DNA of 64,000 nucleotides from NCBI GenBank assembly GCA_964016885.1, contig OZ024743.1, positions 22,692,001 through 22,756,000 of the forward strand. The letters run 5' to 3'. Made by a program: the position numbers and the translations under genes. The notes beneath the pieces were generated by a model. The model searched no databases, was not told the DNA's origin, and saw only the letters and a list, made by a program, of their open reading frames with translations. Below, in pieces: positions 13,615 through 27,365 of this stretch. The first letter of the stretch is position 1. Every line of letters starts with the position of its first letter. The stretch comes from Eledone cirrhosa. Lineage: Eukaryota.

Positions 13615-16223
13615 ATGTGTATTTGTCAGATAAGACTTTTGTGGTAATAATGCTTCCTAATTTAGAAAGAAGGCCAGGAAATTTGAGGTAAGGGAATTCA
13701 AATATATCGACCCATGTACTTAACTGGTACTTGATCTTATTGACACGGTGGCATAAAAGGCAGAGTTGACCTCCACGCAATTTGAACCGTAAACATTATG
13801 TCAAGCTCTCTCCCAATACTGTGAATAATTAACGTGAGTAATGTATGTGTAGTAATGAATATTATATAGAACTCATTTTAAAGTTGATGATTGAATGCAT
13901 GTAATATATAACATTACAAATAAAATCAGCTAAAAAATGACGGTGAATTAGCAGAGTTGTTAGAAGTCAGATAGTTTTGGGGTGTTTGTAACGGTTCTTT
14001 ACGCTCTGTGGATTTAAATCCCGCCAAAGTTAACTTTGACATTCATCTTTTCGACGTCGATAAAAAATATACCAGTCATGTATTGCGATTCAATATTTCT
14101 GTATATCACTTAATCACTTCCTCTCTTTCCCTGTCAAAAAAAATCAACTGTTTTCAGACATGGAGAGGAGATTGGCACTGCCAGGTTTAAATTGCCGGAG
14201 ACAAGCGGCATACCACAACGACACCCCTATGGCTCCATCCATCCATGCATACATACATACGTACTTGACACCTGAATACCTGTAATGAATTACATTCCAA
14301 GCCAAATTGGATAAAACGTATATTTTTCAAATACGTTACGTCAATCCTTTTTATAGTAAGTTCTTAAGTTAATTTTCACTTTCAAGCTTTATAGATTAAC
14401 TCAGTTTATGTTGAAAGAATTTGCCTGAAACTGTGGATATTAATTTAATTTCCTTTATCCTCATATTACATCAATATAGCTTATTTTAGGTGGTGAATAA
14501 CTTACAGTATTTGTTCTGGCTCTCTGTACACTAAGTTCACTTTCTACCAAGGTTAACTTTAGTTTTCATCTTTTTGAGCTCAATAACATAAAGTACCAGC
14601 CGAAGGCGATGTATTTGCTTGGAACTGTTAGAGCGTTGGAGTAGACCCCTTGCTGTGTTTGTTCTAACTCTTTTCATTCTGAGTTTTTATGTGATAGATT
14701 TAATGTCGACTGGTTTAATACCACCATCTGTTTCTTATTTTCCTTCAACGTCGTACCCTCTTTTGTAAGTATTCAGACCAGGTCTTATGTTCGAGGATTA
14801 CTTCTTCCCCATGTCCCTTCAATCTCGGTGGGGTGGGACATGAAAAATTAAGTGACATAGGTGTTGCCAATCCTTCCTTTGTTATACAGCAAGAAACTAT
14901 ACAACATTAATGAAATTGTTTATCATTATTTAAGTCCAACGTTAATCTTCCCAAGTTCAGTACATATGTTTCACCTTAGCACTACCAGCTATAACGCAAA
15001 ATTCTATATTGTCTCATTAGTTATCAAAAGTAGCTCATGGTGGTTGATCAACTATTTTGATTTCAGTCGTTCACTGAAAATGTGTTTAACACATAAATAT
15101 GACTGAAATGTTGACGGATCTAAAAGCATGAGAACACCAGTGGTGACGTAATTTTCTCTTCCACTTTATTTCCTATATATATTCTGTGTATGTTCTGTGT
15201 ATGTTGCGAGTATGTATCGAGCCTTTAAAAGTGTTTATTACCAATACCAACATGTTTGAAAGGAAAACCCGAACATTGGCTATTACCAAAAATCGAACAC
15301 GAACAGAACGCAAGGTTTTACAGCGTCTGGTTCCGGATTAAAATTCAAATATTGCCCACCAGTAAAACATTGGGAGTATAATAAAAAGGCAGATTCGTTA
15401 AAACATCGGATAAAATGATTTGCGGTATTTGTTCTGGTTCTCTGCCTTCTCTTAGTTCAAATCCCGCCGAGGTCAAGTTTGTTTCTTATCTTTTCGAGTT
15501 TGGTAAAGAAAAAGTACCATCCCGTAATGGAGTCGATTCTCTCTCTCTCTCCCTATCTATCTATCTTTCCCCACCTTTCTCTAGAAGAAATCGGCTGTAT
15601 TCAGACCTGGAATTAGAATGCCTTCTTCCCCTAATTGTAAACTGTCCAAGACCCGTCGTATGTCCCGATGGCGCCTCTACGACTCCATCAGCAGTTTCAT
15701 TTCCATACACATATACAACATCGTACAAAGCATAACCACTCTGTATACAATCTTCATTGCGTAATTATTTCAGTATGGTTTCCTTTGTATACAGCCATAT
15801 ATCAGTTACCCGAACAATCCATATAATCGAATTCTAAATGCAATCTCGAAATGTGTTGAAGTATATTATAGTTGAATCAAATTTATTCTCTCAAATAACC
15901 ACCGGAAATATTATTAAACGATAGATTTATTGTACTAAGAATACTGTCCATATTTACTATTCATATTTGGCTATGCAGTCGAAATAAATCTATTAGTTAT
16001 TCTCCAGTCTCTAAGGGCATACATTATATATATATAGCAATGCCGAGTACAAGTCAAGCATCTGGAATTCGAATTCCAGCCTATCCCAATATATTATTGT
16101 AGGAGCCGACTTCCCATTATGTCTCCCACTCTCTCTCTCTCTCAGATACACACTGGAGTTCTCTCTCCCAAACTGTCTCTTTCTTTCTCTCTATCCCCCC
16201 TCTCTCTCTCTCTCTCTCTCTCC

Positions 16224-16269
<46 letters not shown>

Positions 16270-18683
16270 CTCTTTCTCCCTCAGATATATGCATTCTTTC
16301 TGGTTCTCAATTAGTTTTGTTCAACTCTCACCTTTATGTGAGATTGAAGTAAAAAGAAGTAACAAAACTATAGCACTGAACAGGAATAACTTGACTAACA
16401 TATCTACATTTACAGTGGAATGTTTTAGTTAGTTAGTTATTGCAATCTAAGTCTTATAAAACGGCTTACTAACGAACAATAACGAGAACAACAATAATTG
16501 TATCTAACAGATTTAACGCTACAAATATAAGATGTGTCAGTTTAGTTGATAATATCAACTCCTGAAGGAGGAAAGATAGAATGATTTGTGATATTCGTTC
16601 CAGGTCTCTGCGCTCTCAGTTCAAAACCCTCTGAGGTTAACATTGCCTTGAGTCTTTTCGAGATGGACAAAAAAGTATCAGTCCAGTACTGAAAACGATT
16701 TTACCTCTATATCACTTTCTCAGATCCTCTCTATCACTTTGTCCCTTCTAGACCTGAAAAGCGACAGGCTCCGGTGGAGTTCCGACCATTCCATCAGGAG
16801 TTACAGGTCTAAAGAAATAAAACTTTGACGCCAATCCTTGATTCATCCTTTAATTGTTCAGCCGCAGCAAGTTTTGGTCTCGGATGAAAAGAGCCGCCAT
16901 AAATTCCACATGGCATTTCCTCCAAAGCTCTTTCGTCCTGCGTATATTTCATTCTATTTTTAGATAACAATCGAAAATAGCTGCGAAGCCAACATTTAGT
17001 GCTAGTTAAAACCGATGAGCTTCACTTAGAACATTCTCGTCTGTGTAGGATCGAAAAAATAAAATACTTGTCAGGAGGTTATTGAGGTGAAGCGATGTAA
17101 ACAAGTGGTGCCGATATCTACATGAGCTCTGTTGAGATCAAATACCAAGTGAACCACGTAAACTGAAGCACTTTACCTTATACCTTATACAAATATCCGT
17201 CATATGTACATACATGCTTATATATATATGTATGTGTATATGTGTGTGCGTGTGCGTATGTGTGCATATGTGCGTGATGTATCCGTGTGATGTTGACGAG
17301 TGCGAGAATGAGTACTCAAAACCAAAGTAGAGTCTAATAATATTAGTTATTATAGCCAAGTGATGAGTCTTGTTACTCTGTAGTTCCACCTATGTACTCA
17401 CTGTATCATCAAACAAATCTCTAATTACTTAACCTGACAGAAATAGCAGTGAAATCTCACCACTGCTTTAAATTGGAAAGCATGTATTGTAAAATGTAAC
17501 TCTTCATTCACAATGACCGAAAGAAAGTGTGGTGGTCATAGCTAGAATGACTGTGCTGGATCAGGCTCAAGAGATAAAAAGTATTTGTAACAACAACATA
17601 TCGATCTATTTGGCAATCATCCCCACGTTGTTTTCGATTATTGTAACATATTCATTTTCAAGCGAAAGTTTATATCTCTAGGCTTTGTGCAGCCTTTTAA
17701 ACAACATTGACACCATGGTGGCTTAGAATAGTTAGCAATGATTCAAATAACAACTATACTGTCGACTAATATATCATTTAAAGTTTATATAATTTTATAA
17801 TTTTCATTCATAATATTTTAATAGTTTGTGTTTTTTCAATTATGAATAAAACTATACCAATGAAGAATGTGTGAAAACTATTGAATTCTATTGCCTAAAG
17901 AGAAAGAATTAATATAGAGCCAGCAAGCGAGGTATAACAGTTAAACCTCCCTCAAATCCCACCATCCTCTTTTACACAAGAGAGACATTGTTGGATAGAG
18001 ACATGGTCCAGGGTAGACTGTGCTAAGAAAAGCATGGGGTGATCACTGCTGGAACGAATTTGGTCATAGGCCATCTCAATTAACACTGACCTGTGTTGAA
18101 GCAACATGGGTAACAAAAACATTTATTCCACCCTGTGTATGGTTTACGAAACAACTCAGTATATGTTGGAAAGGTTAAACATGAAATGTTAGCTAAAATA
18201 TATACATTATTGTTGATCCAAACAGAATATATGTAACATATAACTGCTAAAAAAAATATGTTATATTGGTATGTCTAGATATAATATCCTCGCCTCAAGG
18301 CTCTTGTAAACAATACAGCTTTAAGCGAAATGTTTAAACAAGTTATGGGTGTTTTCGTTGTAAGAAACTAGAACATACATGTAACACGCTAATATGTAGA
18401 AGCGAAGGGTACAATGTAACAGCTTAATATAAACGTTGTCACAAGCAGTCTTCTGAAATGCTTCGTAAAAGTTCTTTGAATAACTATAAATGTCAAGAGA
18501 TACAAAGAAAATTGTGAAATACAGAGGTGAAACAGCATATATGCACGGCTACCAACACACTTATAGGTCTCTCTATCTCTCTGTTTCTTTGTCGTTATAT
18601 ATATATATATACATATGTGAACACACGCACACGCACATACGCACACACGCACGCGCGCGCACACACGCACACAAACACGCACG

Positions 18684-18778
<95 letters not shown>

Positions 18779-18878
18779 CATAATTAGACAATAGCAAATA
18801 AAATCATTGCATGCATTTTAAATCTAAGAAATACATCTTAGATTTACCTAAACTACAATAAGACAAATAATATATGCC

Positions 18879-19036
<158 letters not shown>

Positions 19037-19408
19037 TATGTACACACTCACACACACACACACCACACTTGCATACAGAGCATGCATAAAAACATCATAC
19101 ATTCAGGATTGCCCCAGAACCATCTCATTAATTGTTTAGTAACAATAACAACAGAAAGGAAAGCATCCTCAAGAACAACTGTCACTCACGTACCTAAGTA
19201 TGAATTTGTGTAATATGGACGAAACAAAACAGTTTATAAGGCAAACATTAAATAGTGGTATAATTTGTAGCGTTTAAGCATTTAAAATCGGCCGAGTTCT
19301 TGACAGATAATATATTTTTTGACCCTCTAGTTTATATACAAGTAAAGACCAAAATTTTAGGAGAAAGGGAAAGTCGACTATGTCAATCCTAGTAAGTGAT
19401 TGGTACAT

Positions 19409-19594
19409 TGGTGAATTGGCAGTATCAGTAGAGGGTTGGACGCCATGTTTTCTAGCATAGTTACGTCCCTTTACAGTCTGAGTTCAAATCCCGCTGAAGT
19501 TAACCTTGCCTTTCATCCTTACGGGATCGATAAAATAAAGTACCAGTAATGTACTGGGTATTTGCTGGCCTTGTGCCTAAAGTAGAAACAATTA
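19409..19594 (+). mobile_element. SINE family 1
   Basis: Full-length match to the 4066-4250 copy. Confidence 0.85.
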
Positions 19595-19794
19595 TGTGTA
19601 TATATATATATATATATATAATTGGTGTGGGATGCTTAAAGCGTCCATAGGCGGTACGCCGTTTGAGCACTCGATGCTCTTACAGAGCAGAGTATGATAT
19701 CACATAAGAAACGGAGAATCAGTGTCGCCAGAGAAACGATTGTAATATGTCTAATAAATGTTATTCGTCGCAACACTGCTTCTCCGTTTCTTAT

Positions 19795-19839
<45 letters not shown>

Positions 19840-19843
<4 letters not shown>

Positions 19844-20256
19844 CGATTGAAGAAATTTGGTTGATTAAAAATATGCAGACTTATTCTTTAATAGACGTGA
19901 AGCACTCCACGGTTTTTGTTCATCCGTAGTTTTATTACAATAAATAAGAGAAACGGTTTTATTCGTACATCCCTATTTTATTCGTCATACGTAGTTCGAA
20001 GATGTAAGGTAGTTATGTAATATCTCCTTTACACGTTCTTTTCAGACAGTCGGTAACATACCAATATACATCTCGTTTGTATGTTTGTCTGAAGAGAACG
20101 TATAAGGGAGTTAATTATATAACTACATTACATCTTCGAAATATATATATATATATTTCGAAGATGTAATGTAGTTATATAATTAACTCCCTTATACGTT
20201 CTCTTCAGACAAACATACAAACGAGATGTATATTGATATGTTACCTACATATGTTA

Positions 20257-20260
<4 letters not shown>
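19840..20260. mobile_element. Three-arm cassette, family F, with a palindrome centred on (TA)n
   Basis: Arms 20052-20141 and 20156-20245 differ at one position; a third, diverged arm lies at 19996-20048. CUGAAGA is at 20089-20095. Confidence 0.7.
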
Positions 20261-20335
<75 letters not shown>

Positions 20336-20336
20336 A

Positions 20337-20764
20337 TATATATTGGTAAAAGGAAAAGAAAATGCTGACAAATTGTTCCCAGTGAAAAATAGTTTAATTA
20401 GGAATAAGTAAAAATTAGTAATAGTATTGGTTAGTATTCAGTTTTGGTTTTAAGTTTTACCGGTTGCGCATTTCTAATGCTTTTCAAAAATAATTTTGAG
20501 ATAGAGCGCCCGTGATGTTTGCTCTAATCTGAGCAAGAGAAAACTGAGATTAGAGCAAACATCACGGGCGCTCTATCTCAAAATTATTTTTGAAAAGCAT
20601 TAGAAATGCGCAACCGGTAAAACTTAAAACCAAAACTGAATACTAACCAATACTATTACTAATTTTTACTTATTCCTAATTAAACTATTTTTCACTGGGA
20701 ACAATTTGTCAGCATTTTCTCTTCCTTTTACCAATATATCATAACTCGTGTGTTACACCTCTAT

Positions 20765-20770
<6 letters not shown>
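20337..20770. mobile_element. Near-perfect palindrome with about 190-bp arms, family G
   Basis: Arms 20337-20530 and 20547-20739, one mismatch seen, 16-nt spacer, about 30-nt tail, (TA)n flanks. Confidence 0.8.
20587..20622 (+). ncRNA. Degenerate minimal hammerhead (family G), mirrored in the left arm
   Basis: uuu-UUGAAAA-gcauu-aga-aaugc-GCAAC-CG-GUA-aaa; three core substitutions. Confidence 0.5.
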
Positions 20771-20800
<30 letters not shown>

Positions 20801-20930
20801 CATGCATACATACATACATATGCCTGACAACTTCATTAATCTTTGCTCAGATTCTTACATTTAATGATCTTCGGAGGTTTGCTGTGAGTAACAGAATTTG
20901 TAAAAGAATCTTGAATGTCACAGCAGATTT

Positions 20931-21118
20931 TATTGGTTGCTGAAAAGATATATTTGTTTCTACTTTAGGCACAAGGCCAGCAATTACCCAGTTCATTACT
21001 GGTACTTTATTTTAACGACCCCGTAAGGATGAAAGGCAAAGTCAACCTCGGCGGGATTTGAACTCAGATCGTAAAGGGACGTAACTATGCTGTAAAGCAT
21101 ATATTGGTTGCTGAAAAG
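20931..21118 (-). mobile_element. SINE family 1, 5'-truncated, with 17-bp TSD
   Basis: TSD tattggttgctgaaaag at 20931-20947 and 21102-21118. Confidence 0.85.
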
Positions 21119-21479
21119 CCCTCGGATACCAATCATTAACATAACACAGGAGGGATTGAGAAAGTGGTTTGGGGAAACAATATGCATATTGAAAATAAAA
21201 ATGAATATATGCATAAAAATATATATAATTAATGAGTGTAAAATAATCCATGTATGAGATTTCATGTATATGGGTAAACATTTAAAATATGCTGACAGAC
21301 AAAGAAATCAAATTATATAATGTGTGAAGAAAGCAATGGGGATAAGGTAAAAAGAAGAAAAATAGAGGGGGAATTTGTTAGGAATGAATAAAAATGTAAT
21401 AATGGCGGTAAGATTCAACTGTTTTCGACAATTTTAAAATGCTTGTACTATTATACGTTTGGGGGCTTTTTATAGGATA

Positions 21480-22190
21480 GTATATACCTAGATAAAAATT
21501 CAGATCTCCAGAATTGGGACAAGATAAGCAGTTTCTCACTTAGCAGTTTTCACTGAAAACGCAAGTTTTTGTATGATATCGTAAATTCTAGCACTGGCCA
21601 TATGGATTTATTTCTCAGAAACCAAATATGTTTCGATAATTCTGTAGTAAATTTCCTCTTCCAGTTAATAAAATAATGATTGTGCTCATAATGATGGCCT
21701 CTAAAATCGGTCTAATCAATCCATTATATGACTTTTGTCTAGGTGTATGTTATCATAGAACACTAATGACGTTGTCAAATATTTATCATCAAGTGAGTAA
21801 TTATGATATCTGTCACAGTACAAGTAGATGCACAATTTGAATAAATTGAATTAGAATGTCGTTTATCAGTGAGTATCTACTAGAACTTACAAAGATTGTA
21901 CAAGTTTCTTATCAAGTTTCTTAGTTTATCACATTTCTGTTAAAGTATCTGCGGTATTTCTGATTGTGTGAAAGAGAATGTTAATTGAATTAAGGAACTC
22001 TGAAGAGATCTTTGTTGGTACACTTACAATATACAAGAGTGAGTGCCACGTAATTTACCGCTTCCTAATTTTACACTTTGGATTATTAGATACGAGTTGA
22101 TATTGTATCTTCTCTGAGAATCCACTGATCCAGAGAACTGCATTATAATAATGGAAGGCATAAATAAATAGGGTTTCCTACGAAGATAAT
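21480..22190 (-). mobile_element. Decayed Penelope-like element ORF (RT thumb, linker, GIY-YIG)
   Basis: Minus-strand translation across frameshifts: SGFSEKIQY...KIRKR*ITW...FLNSINILF; SYNGL..DFRGHHYEH...TTELSKHIWFLR; SEKLLIL...RSEFLS. Confidence 0.7.
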
Positions 22191-22221
22191 AATTATATAC
22201 ACCTATTATTAAATTCCGTTA

Positions 22222-22283
22222 AACAGCCGTTAGAGGCGCTTGGACGCATATTAACAGCAGTTAGAGGCGCTTGGACGCATATT
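22222..22283. repeat. 31-bp tandem duplication
   Basis: aacagc(c/a)gttagaggcgcttggacgcatatt, two copies. Confidence 0.9.
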
Positions 22284-22725
22284 TATGTAGAATAATTGTC
22301 TAATGGGCTTATATTAAAGGCTAAAATTATCTAAAGATTCAAACTCACGTCTAAATGTTTATGTAAAGTAAGATGAGTATTACCTGTAATACCTAATTTT
22401 ATTTCGCTTAACAGCCTTATTATATCTCCCCAAATCATGTAGTTCATGCTCACTGATGTTTCAATTGTCTACAGTACTCCTCATAACGAAGCAAATGGCT
22501 TTTGCAAAATGTCTAGAACATAAATTCATATTATATAGCACATATTTCTTAAAGCTGGGGATTCCCCAGGAACCCAAAGCTTCGCTTGGAAGAAACTCTA
22601 CGTCTATGTGAAACTCTTTAACTATATACAACTTCAAATTATTAAAACTTGTATACTGTACGTATGTATGTTATATATGTTTTCAGTTCTGTATTATTCC
22701 ATTCACAACCATACATACATACATA

Positions 22726-23153
22726 CATGGTGGCTGCCAACTCGTTTTCGAGTACGGCCACTACTTTATATCCATGTAGGAGAACCCCTACCGATGCGCT
22801 GAAAGAATGTGACTTTTTAGTCCAGCCAGCGACTTGAAAACTCTGGTACAAAGACTACACTTGTGACCATTATTGACACATAGTGCAGGGCCCATGGTAC
22901 CATGTGATGACAAGTGCAGAGAGATCTCCAGATATAAAGCAATGCCTGTGCTGTGAAGCTTTTATAGTGAGCAAAGGCACTGCACAAAGCCAGTCCCACT
23001 CTCTTAACCAAGATGATATTTACCAAAAAGAAGAACAAGTCAACATCATTGGATACCATCAGAGTTGCAGGTGTTATATCAGAGTTTTCCTTCTCCTAGA
23101 ATTCTGCCTTGACAAAGGCTAAGGGGTCATCTCTCCCGGTGATTTTGGATGGC
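22726..23153 (-). mobile_element. RTE-derived non-autonomous retroelement, 5'-truncated copy
   Basis: Highly similar to 24978-25383; (ATGT)n tail on the minus strand. Confidence 0.65.
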
Positions 23154-23189
23154 AGCATATATATGTGTGTGTGTGTATGTGTGTATGTA

Positions 23190-23285
<96 letters not shown>

Positions 23286-23403
23286 TGTGTGTTTGTATGT
23301 GTGTATGTGGGTGTGTGTAATAGGTAAACAGATATAACAAAACAAATGGCACAGTACATGGAAGGAATATATTAGTTTAGCACTTGAAATAGCAGGAAGA
23401 GTG

Positions 23404-23439
23404 TCTTAACATTTCCGACACCAGTCCTTCACCAGAAGA
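23404..23439 (-). ncRNA. Degenerate minimal hammerhead-like motif
   Basis: ucuu-CUGGUGA-aggacuggugucg-GAAAU-GUU-aaga. Confidence 0.4.
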
Positions 23440-23561
23440 AAGAATGAGAAATTAAAGAAGAAATAGAAAGTTTGAGGGGACGGGCAGGGCGGAGAAAAAT
23501 ATTAAGTCCATTCATGATACCATCTCTTAAAGAGATAAAGAGACAGCAAGTGTAGGTATGA

Positions 23562-23645
<84 letters not shown>

Positions 23646-23822
23646 AGAGGTTATATTTAATTTGTTGGGATACAACAAGCAAAATATTTTTATAACTGAT
23701 ATAAAGCACTCAACAAATTATTGGAGTAAATCTACAATATATTAACAAATGGCCCTTGAAATATGTATAATGAAATAAATATGGTTTTATAAATATAGTT
23801 TCCATTTGTTAATATATTGTAT

Positions 23823-23892
<70 letters not shown>

Positions 23893-23895
<3 letters not shown>

Positions 23896-24073
23896 CAAAG
23901 GAATTGTGGTAAGGAACCAGATGGACCATAACGCACCAGACTACTCAATACTTAAGGTAGTAGAGTGGGTAATAGGAAAATGTATGACCCCGACGGCAGA
24001 GCTCAAGCCGTTTCGACGTCCAGAAATAGCCGTCCAAACGGCGTGAGCTCTGCCGTCGGGGGTCATACATTTT

Positions 24074-24077
<4 letters not shown>
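23893..24077. mobile_element. Inverted-repeat cassette, family H (hammerhead 3' half GAAAC-GGC..GCC-GUC)
   Basis: Arms 23972-24018 and 24031-24077. Relatives at 12380-12455, 31569-31709 and 50178-50475. Confidence 0.75.
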
Positions 24078-24144
<67 letters not shown>

Positions 24145-24235
24145 ATATATAATTAAATAGCTCTGTAATATACATAGAGTACTCTTCTTTCCTTTACTTT
24201 TTCTATGGAAATACATAACACATAATATATAAATT

Positions 24236-24302
<67 letters not shown>

Positions 24303-24629
24303 GTGTGAGCGTGTGTGTATTTCTATATTCTTTTATTTATTTACTTACATGTATCAGTCAGTTACATGGGCCCATTCTGACACACCATCTTGATTTAAAT
24401 CGATTCATTCAACCCTAGTACTCATATTATCTCAAGTCTGATACTTATTTTATTGATCTCGTTTTGTCGAACTACTACAATACGATATATAATTACAGAC
24501 AGAATCAGACCTAAACATAAACATGAACACGAACAGAAAAACACGTGAATAAACATACACGGACACTGGCACTGGTCCACCTGAGGCGTACAGTAGAATA
24601 TATTTGCCTAGAACAATCTGGTTGCGAAG

Positions 24630-24671
<42 letters not shown>

Positions 24672-24977
24672 TTCAAGCGTTAAACTAATATATTTCTTCA
24701 TTGTACTGTGTCATTTATTGTTTATGCCTGTTTACTTTTTACATATATATATGTATATATATTTATATATATATATAGAGAGAGAGAGAGAAGTAAATCG
24801 GAAGGCGACCACTGTTATCGGGAGGTACTCAATACGTAGGTAGATCATGGACATATTCATTTTATTGTAGAAATGACAGCTACAGGTCTAGAACTGTTTC
24901 AGTCGTAAAAAAAAAATAATGCATACATACATATATACATACGTACATATATACATACATATATACATACATATAAA

Positions 24978-25545
24978 CATGGTGGCTGCCAACTCGTTTT
25001 CGAGTACGGCCACTACTTTATATCCATGTAGGAGAACCCCTACCGACATTTTAGTCCAGCGACTTGAAAACTCTGGTACAAACACTACACTTGTGACAAT
25101 TATTGACACATAGTGCTGGGCCCATGGTACCATGTGATCACAAGTGCAGAGAGATCTCCAGATATAAAGCAATGCCTGTGCCGTGAAGCTTTTACAGTGA
25201 GCAAAGGCACTGCACAAAGCCAGTCCCACTCTCTTAATCAAGATGATATTTACCAAAAAGAAGAACAAGTCAACATCATTGGATACCATCAGGGTTGAAG
25301 GTGTTATATCAGAGTTTTCCTTCTCCTAGAATTCTGCCTTGACAAAGGCTAAGGGGTCATCTCTCCCGGTGATTTTGGATGGCCATTGACTCTTAAGAGC
25401 TCCTTTGCCCTTTGACAGATTTTGTTTTTAGTCCTGCAGGATGTCCAAAGTCACCCTCCTCACCAAGAAACCTTGGTGGGGTTGCCAGTTTAGTCGCCAA
25501 CGACCCGACCATGGTGATACTGGTAACATGCTACTGGTAACATGT
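24978..25545 (-). mobile_element. RTE-derived non-autonomous retroelement, longer copy
   Basis: The minus-strand 5' end has the RTE-type gtcgttggcgactaa hairpin and an aggagaaggaaaactc motif. No RT or APE coding; microsatellite tail. Confidence 0.65.
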
Positions 25546-25895
25546 ATGTATAACATATATACATATATACATACATACATACATACATACATACATACAT
25601 ACATACATACATACATACATACATACATACATACGTATTTACATACATACGTATTTACATAAATTCATATATACATACATATATACATACACAAATACAC
25701 ACATATATATATATATATACAGACATACGTACATAACATATATACATACATATGTACATACATACGTATATACATACATACATGCATACATATAAACATA
25801 TATGCATACATATATACAAACACATATATACAAACATACATACATACATACATATATACATACATATATACATACATATACATACATATATATAT

Positions 25896-25972
<77 letters not shown>

Positions 25973-26490
25973 AGTAAATCTGATGAATGAAACGATGGTG
26001 AAAGATATTCGGTATTGACTATGAGAAAAATAATGTTTGTGTGTTAGTGTATGTGTGTAGGCGTGTGTGTGGGTTGATGTGTGTGTGGGTTGATGTGTGT
26101 TTTAGTGTGCCTTTGTGTGGGTGGATGGGTGGGTGTGTTAGTTTGTGTGTCTTTGTGTGTATGTGTTGGTGTGTTTCTTTGTGTGTGTGCGTGTGTATGT
26201 GAGTGTGTGTGTGTGTGTGTGAGTGTGTGTCTTTATATGTGTGTGCTGTCATCTATGTGTAGGTGTGTTTCTTAGTGTGTGTATGTGTATGTGTGTGTGT
26301 GTGTGCGTGAGAGAGAGAGAAAGAGAGAGTGAGAAAGTGAGAGAGAGAGAGAGAGTGAGAGAGAGAGAGAGAGAGTGAGAGAGAGTGAGAGAAAGAGAAA
26401 GAGAAAGAGCGAGAAAGAGACAGAGAGACTGGGATCTGTGACAGAATACGATAGATCGTAAGTGAGTGCTAGAGTGACAGACAGATAAGT

Positions 26491-27152
26491 AGTAACAAAC
26501 CCCGTAGAGAAGTAACAAACCCCGTAGAGTAGTAACAAACCCCGTACAGAAGTAACAAACCCCGTAGAGTAGTAACAAACCCCGTAGAGAAGTAACAAAC
26601 CCCGTAGAGAATTAACAAACCCCGTAGAGTAGTAACAAACTCCGTACAGAAGTAACAAACCCCGTAGAGTAGTAACAAACCCCGTAGAGAAGTAACAAAC
26701 CCCGTAGAGTAGTAACAAACCCCGTACAGAAGTAACAAACCCCGTAGAGTAGTAACAAACCCCGTAGAGAAGTAACAAACCCCGTAGAGAATTAACAAAC
26801 CCCGTAGAGAAGTAACAAACGCCGTAGAGTAGTAACAAACCCCGTAGAGTAGTAACAAAACCCGTAGAGAAGTAACAAACCCCGTAGTGTAGTAACAAAC
26901 CCCGTAGAGTAGTAACAAAACCCGTAGAGAAGTAACAAACCCCGTAGAGTAGTAACAAACCCCGTAGAGAAGTAACAAACCCCGTAGAGTAGTAACAAAC
27001 CCCGTAGAGAAGTAGCAAACCCCGTAGAGAAGTAACAAACCTCGTAGAGTAGTAACTAACCCCGTAGAGTAGTAACAAAACCCGTAGAGAAGTAAAAAAC
27101 CTCGTAGAGAAGTAACTAACCCCGTAGAAAAGTAACAAACCCCGTAGAGAAG
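26491..27152. repeat. 20-bp minisatellite (agtaacaaaccccgtagag[a/t]), about 33 copies
   Basis: Direct tandem array with no spacers. Confidence 0.98.
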
Positions 27153-27230
27153 TATATAACGGAACTGACGAATGTAGAAATAAGTAGACTGTCAAGAGAA
27201 AAAGTTTACTTCTGAAGTAAAGAGAGGAAT

Positions 27231-27365
27231 ATTACTGGTACTTTATTTTTATCGACCCCGTAAGGATGAAAGGCAAAGTTAACCTCGGTGGGATTTGAAC
27301 TCAGATTGGCAAGGGCCGTAACTCTATGCGTCAAACCGTCATGGCGTCCGACCCTCTACCGACCC
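27231..27365 (-). mobile_element. SINE family 1, partial
   Basis: Core and B-box match family 1. Confidence 0.8.

Noticed and set aside
25478-25545. HDV-like ribozyme at the 5' end of the RTE-derived element
   Set aside because: Only a ccagt/actgg pairing and a gtcg/cgac hairpin are visible; no P1 partner or nested pseudoknot could be built.
25980-26005. ctgatga-at-gaaac-gatg-gtg minimal hammerhead-like string
   Set aside because: The triplet GUG is not cleavable and helix I does not pair; it may be chance or a dead relic.
26272-27195. 307-aa repetitive ORF, or a CRISPR-like array
   Set aside because: It is a pure 20-bp tandem repeat with no unique spacers and no cas genes, in a eukaryotic context.
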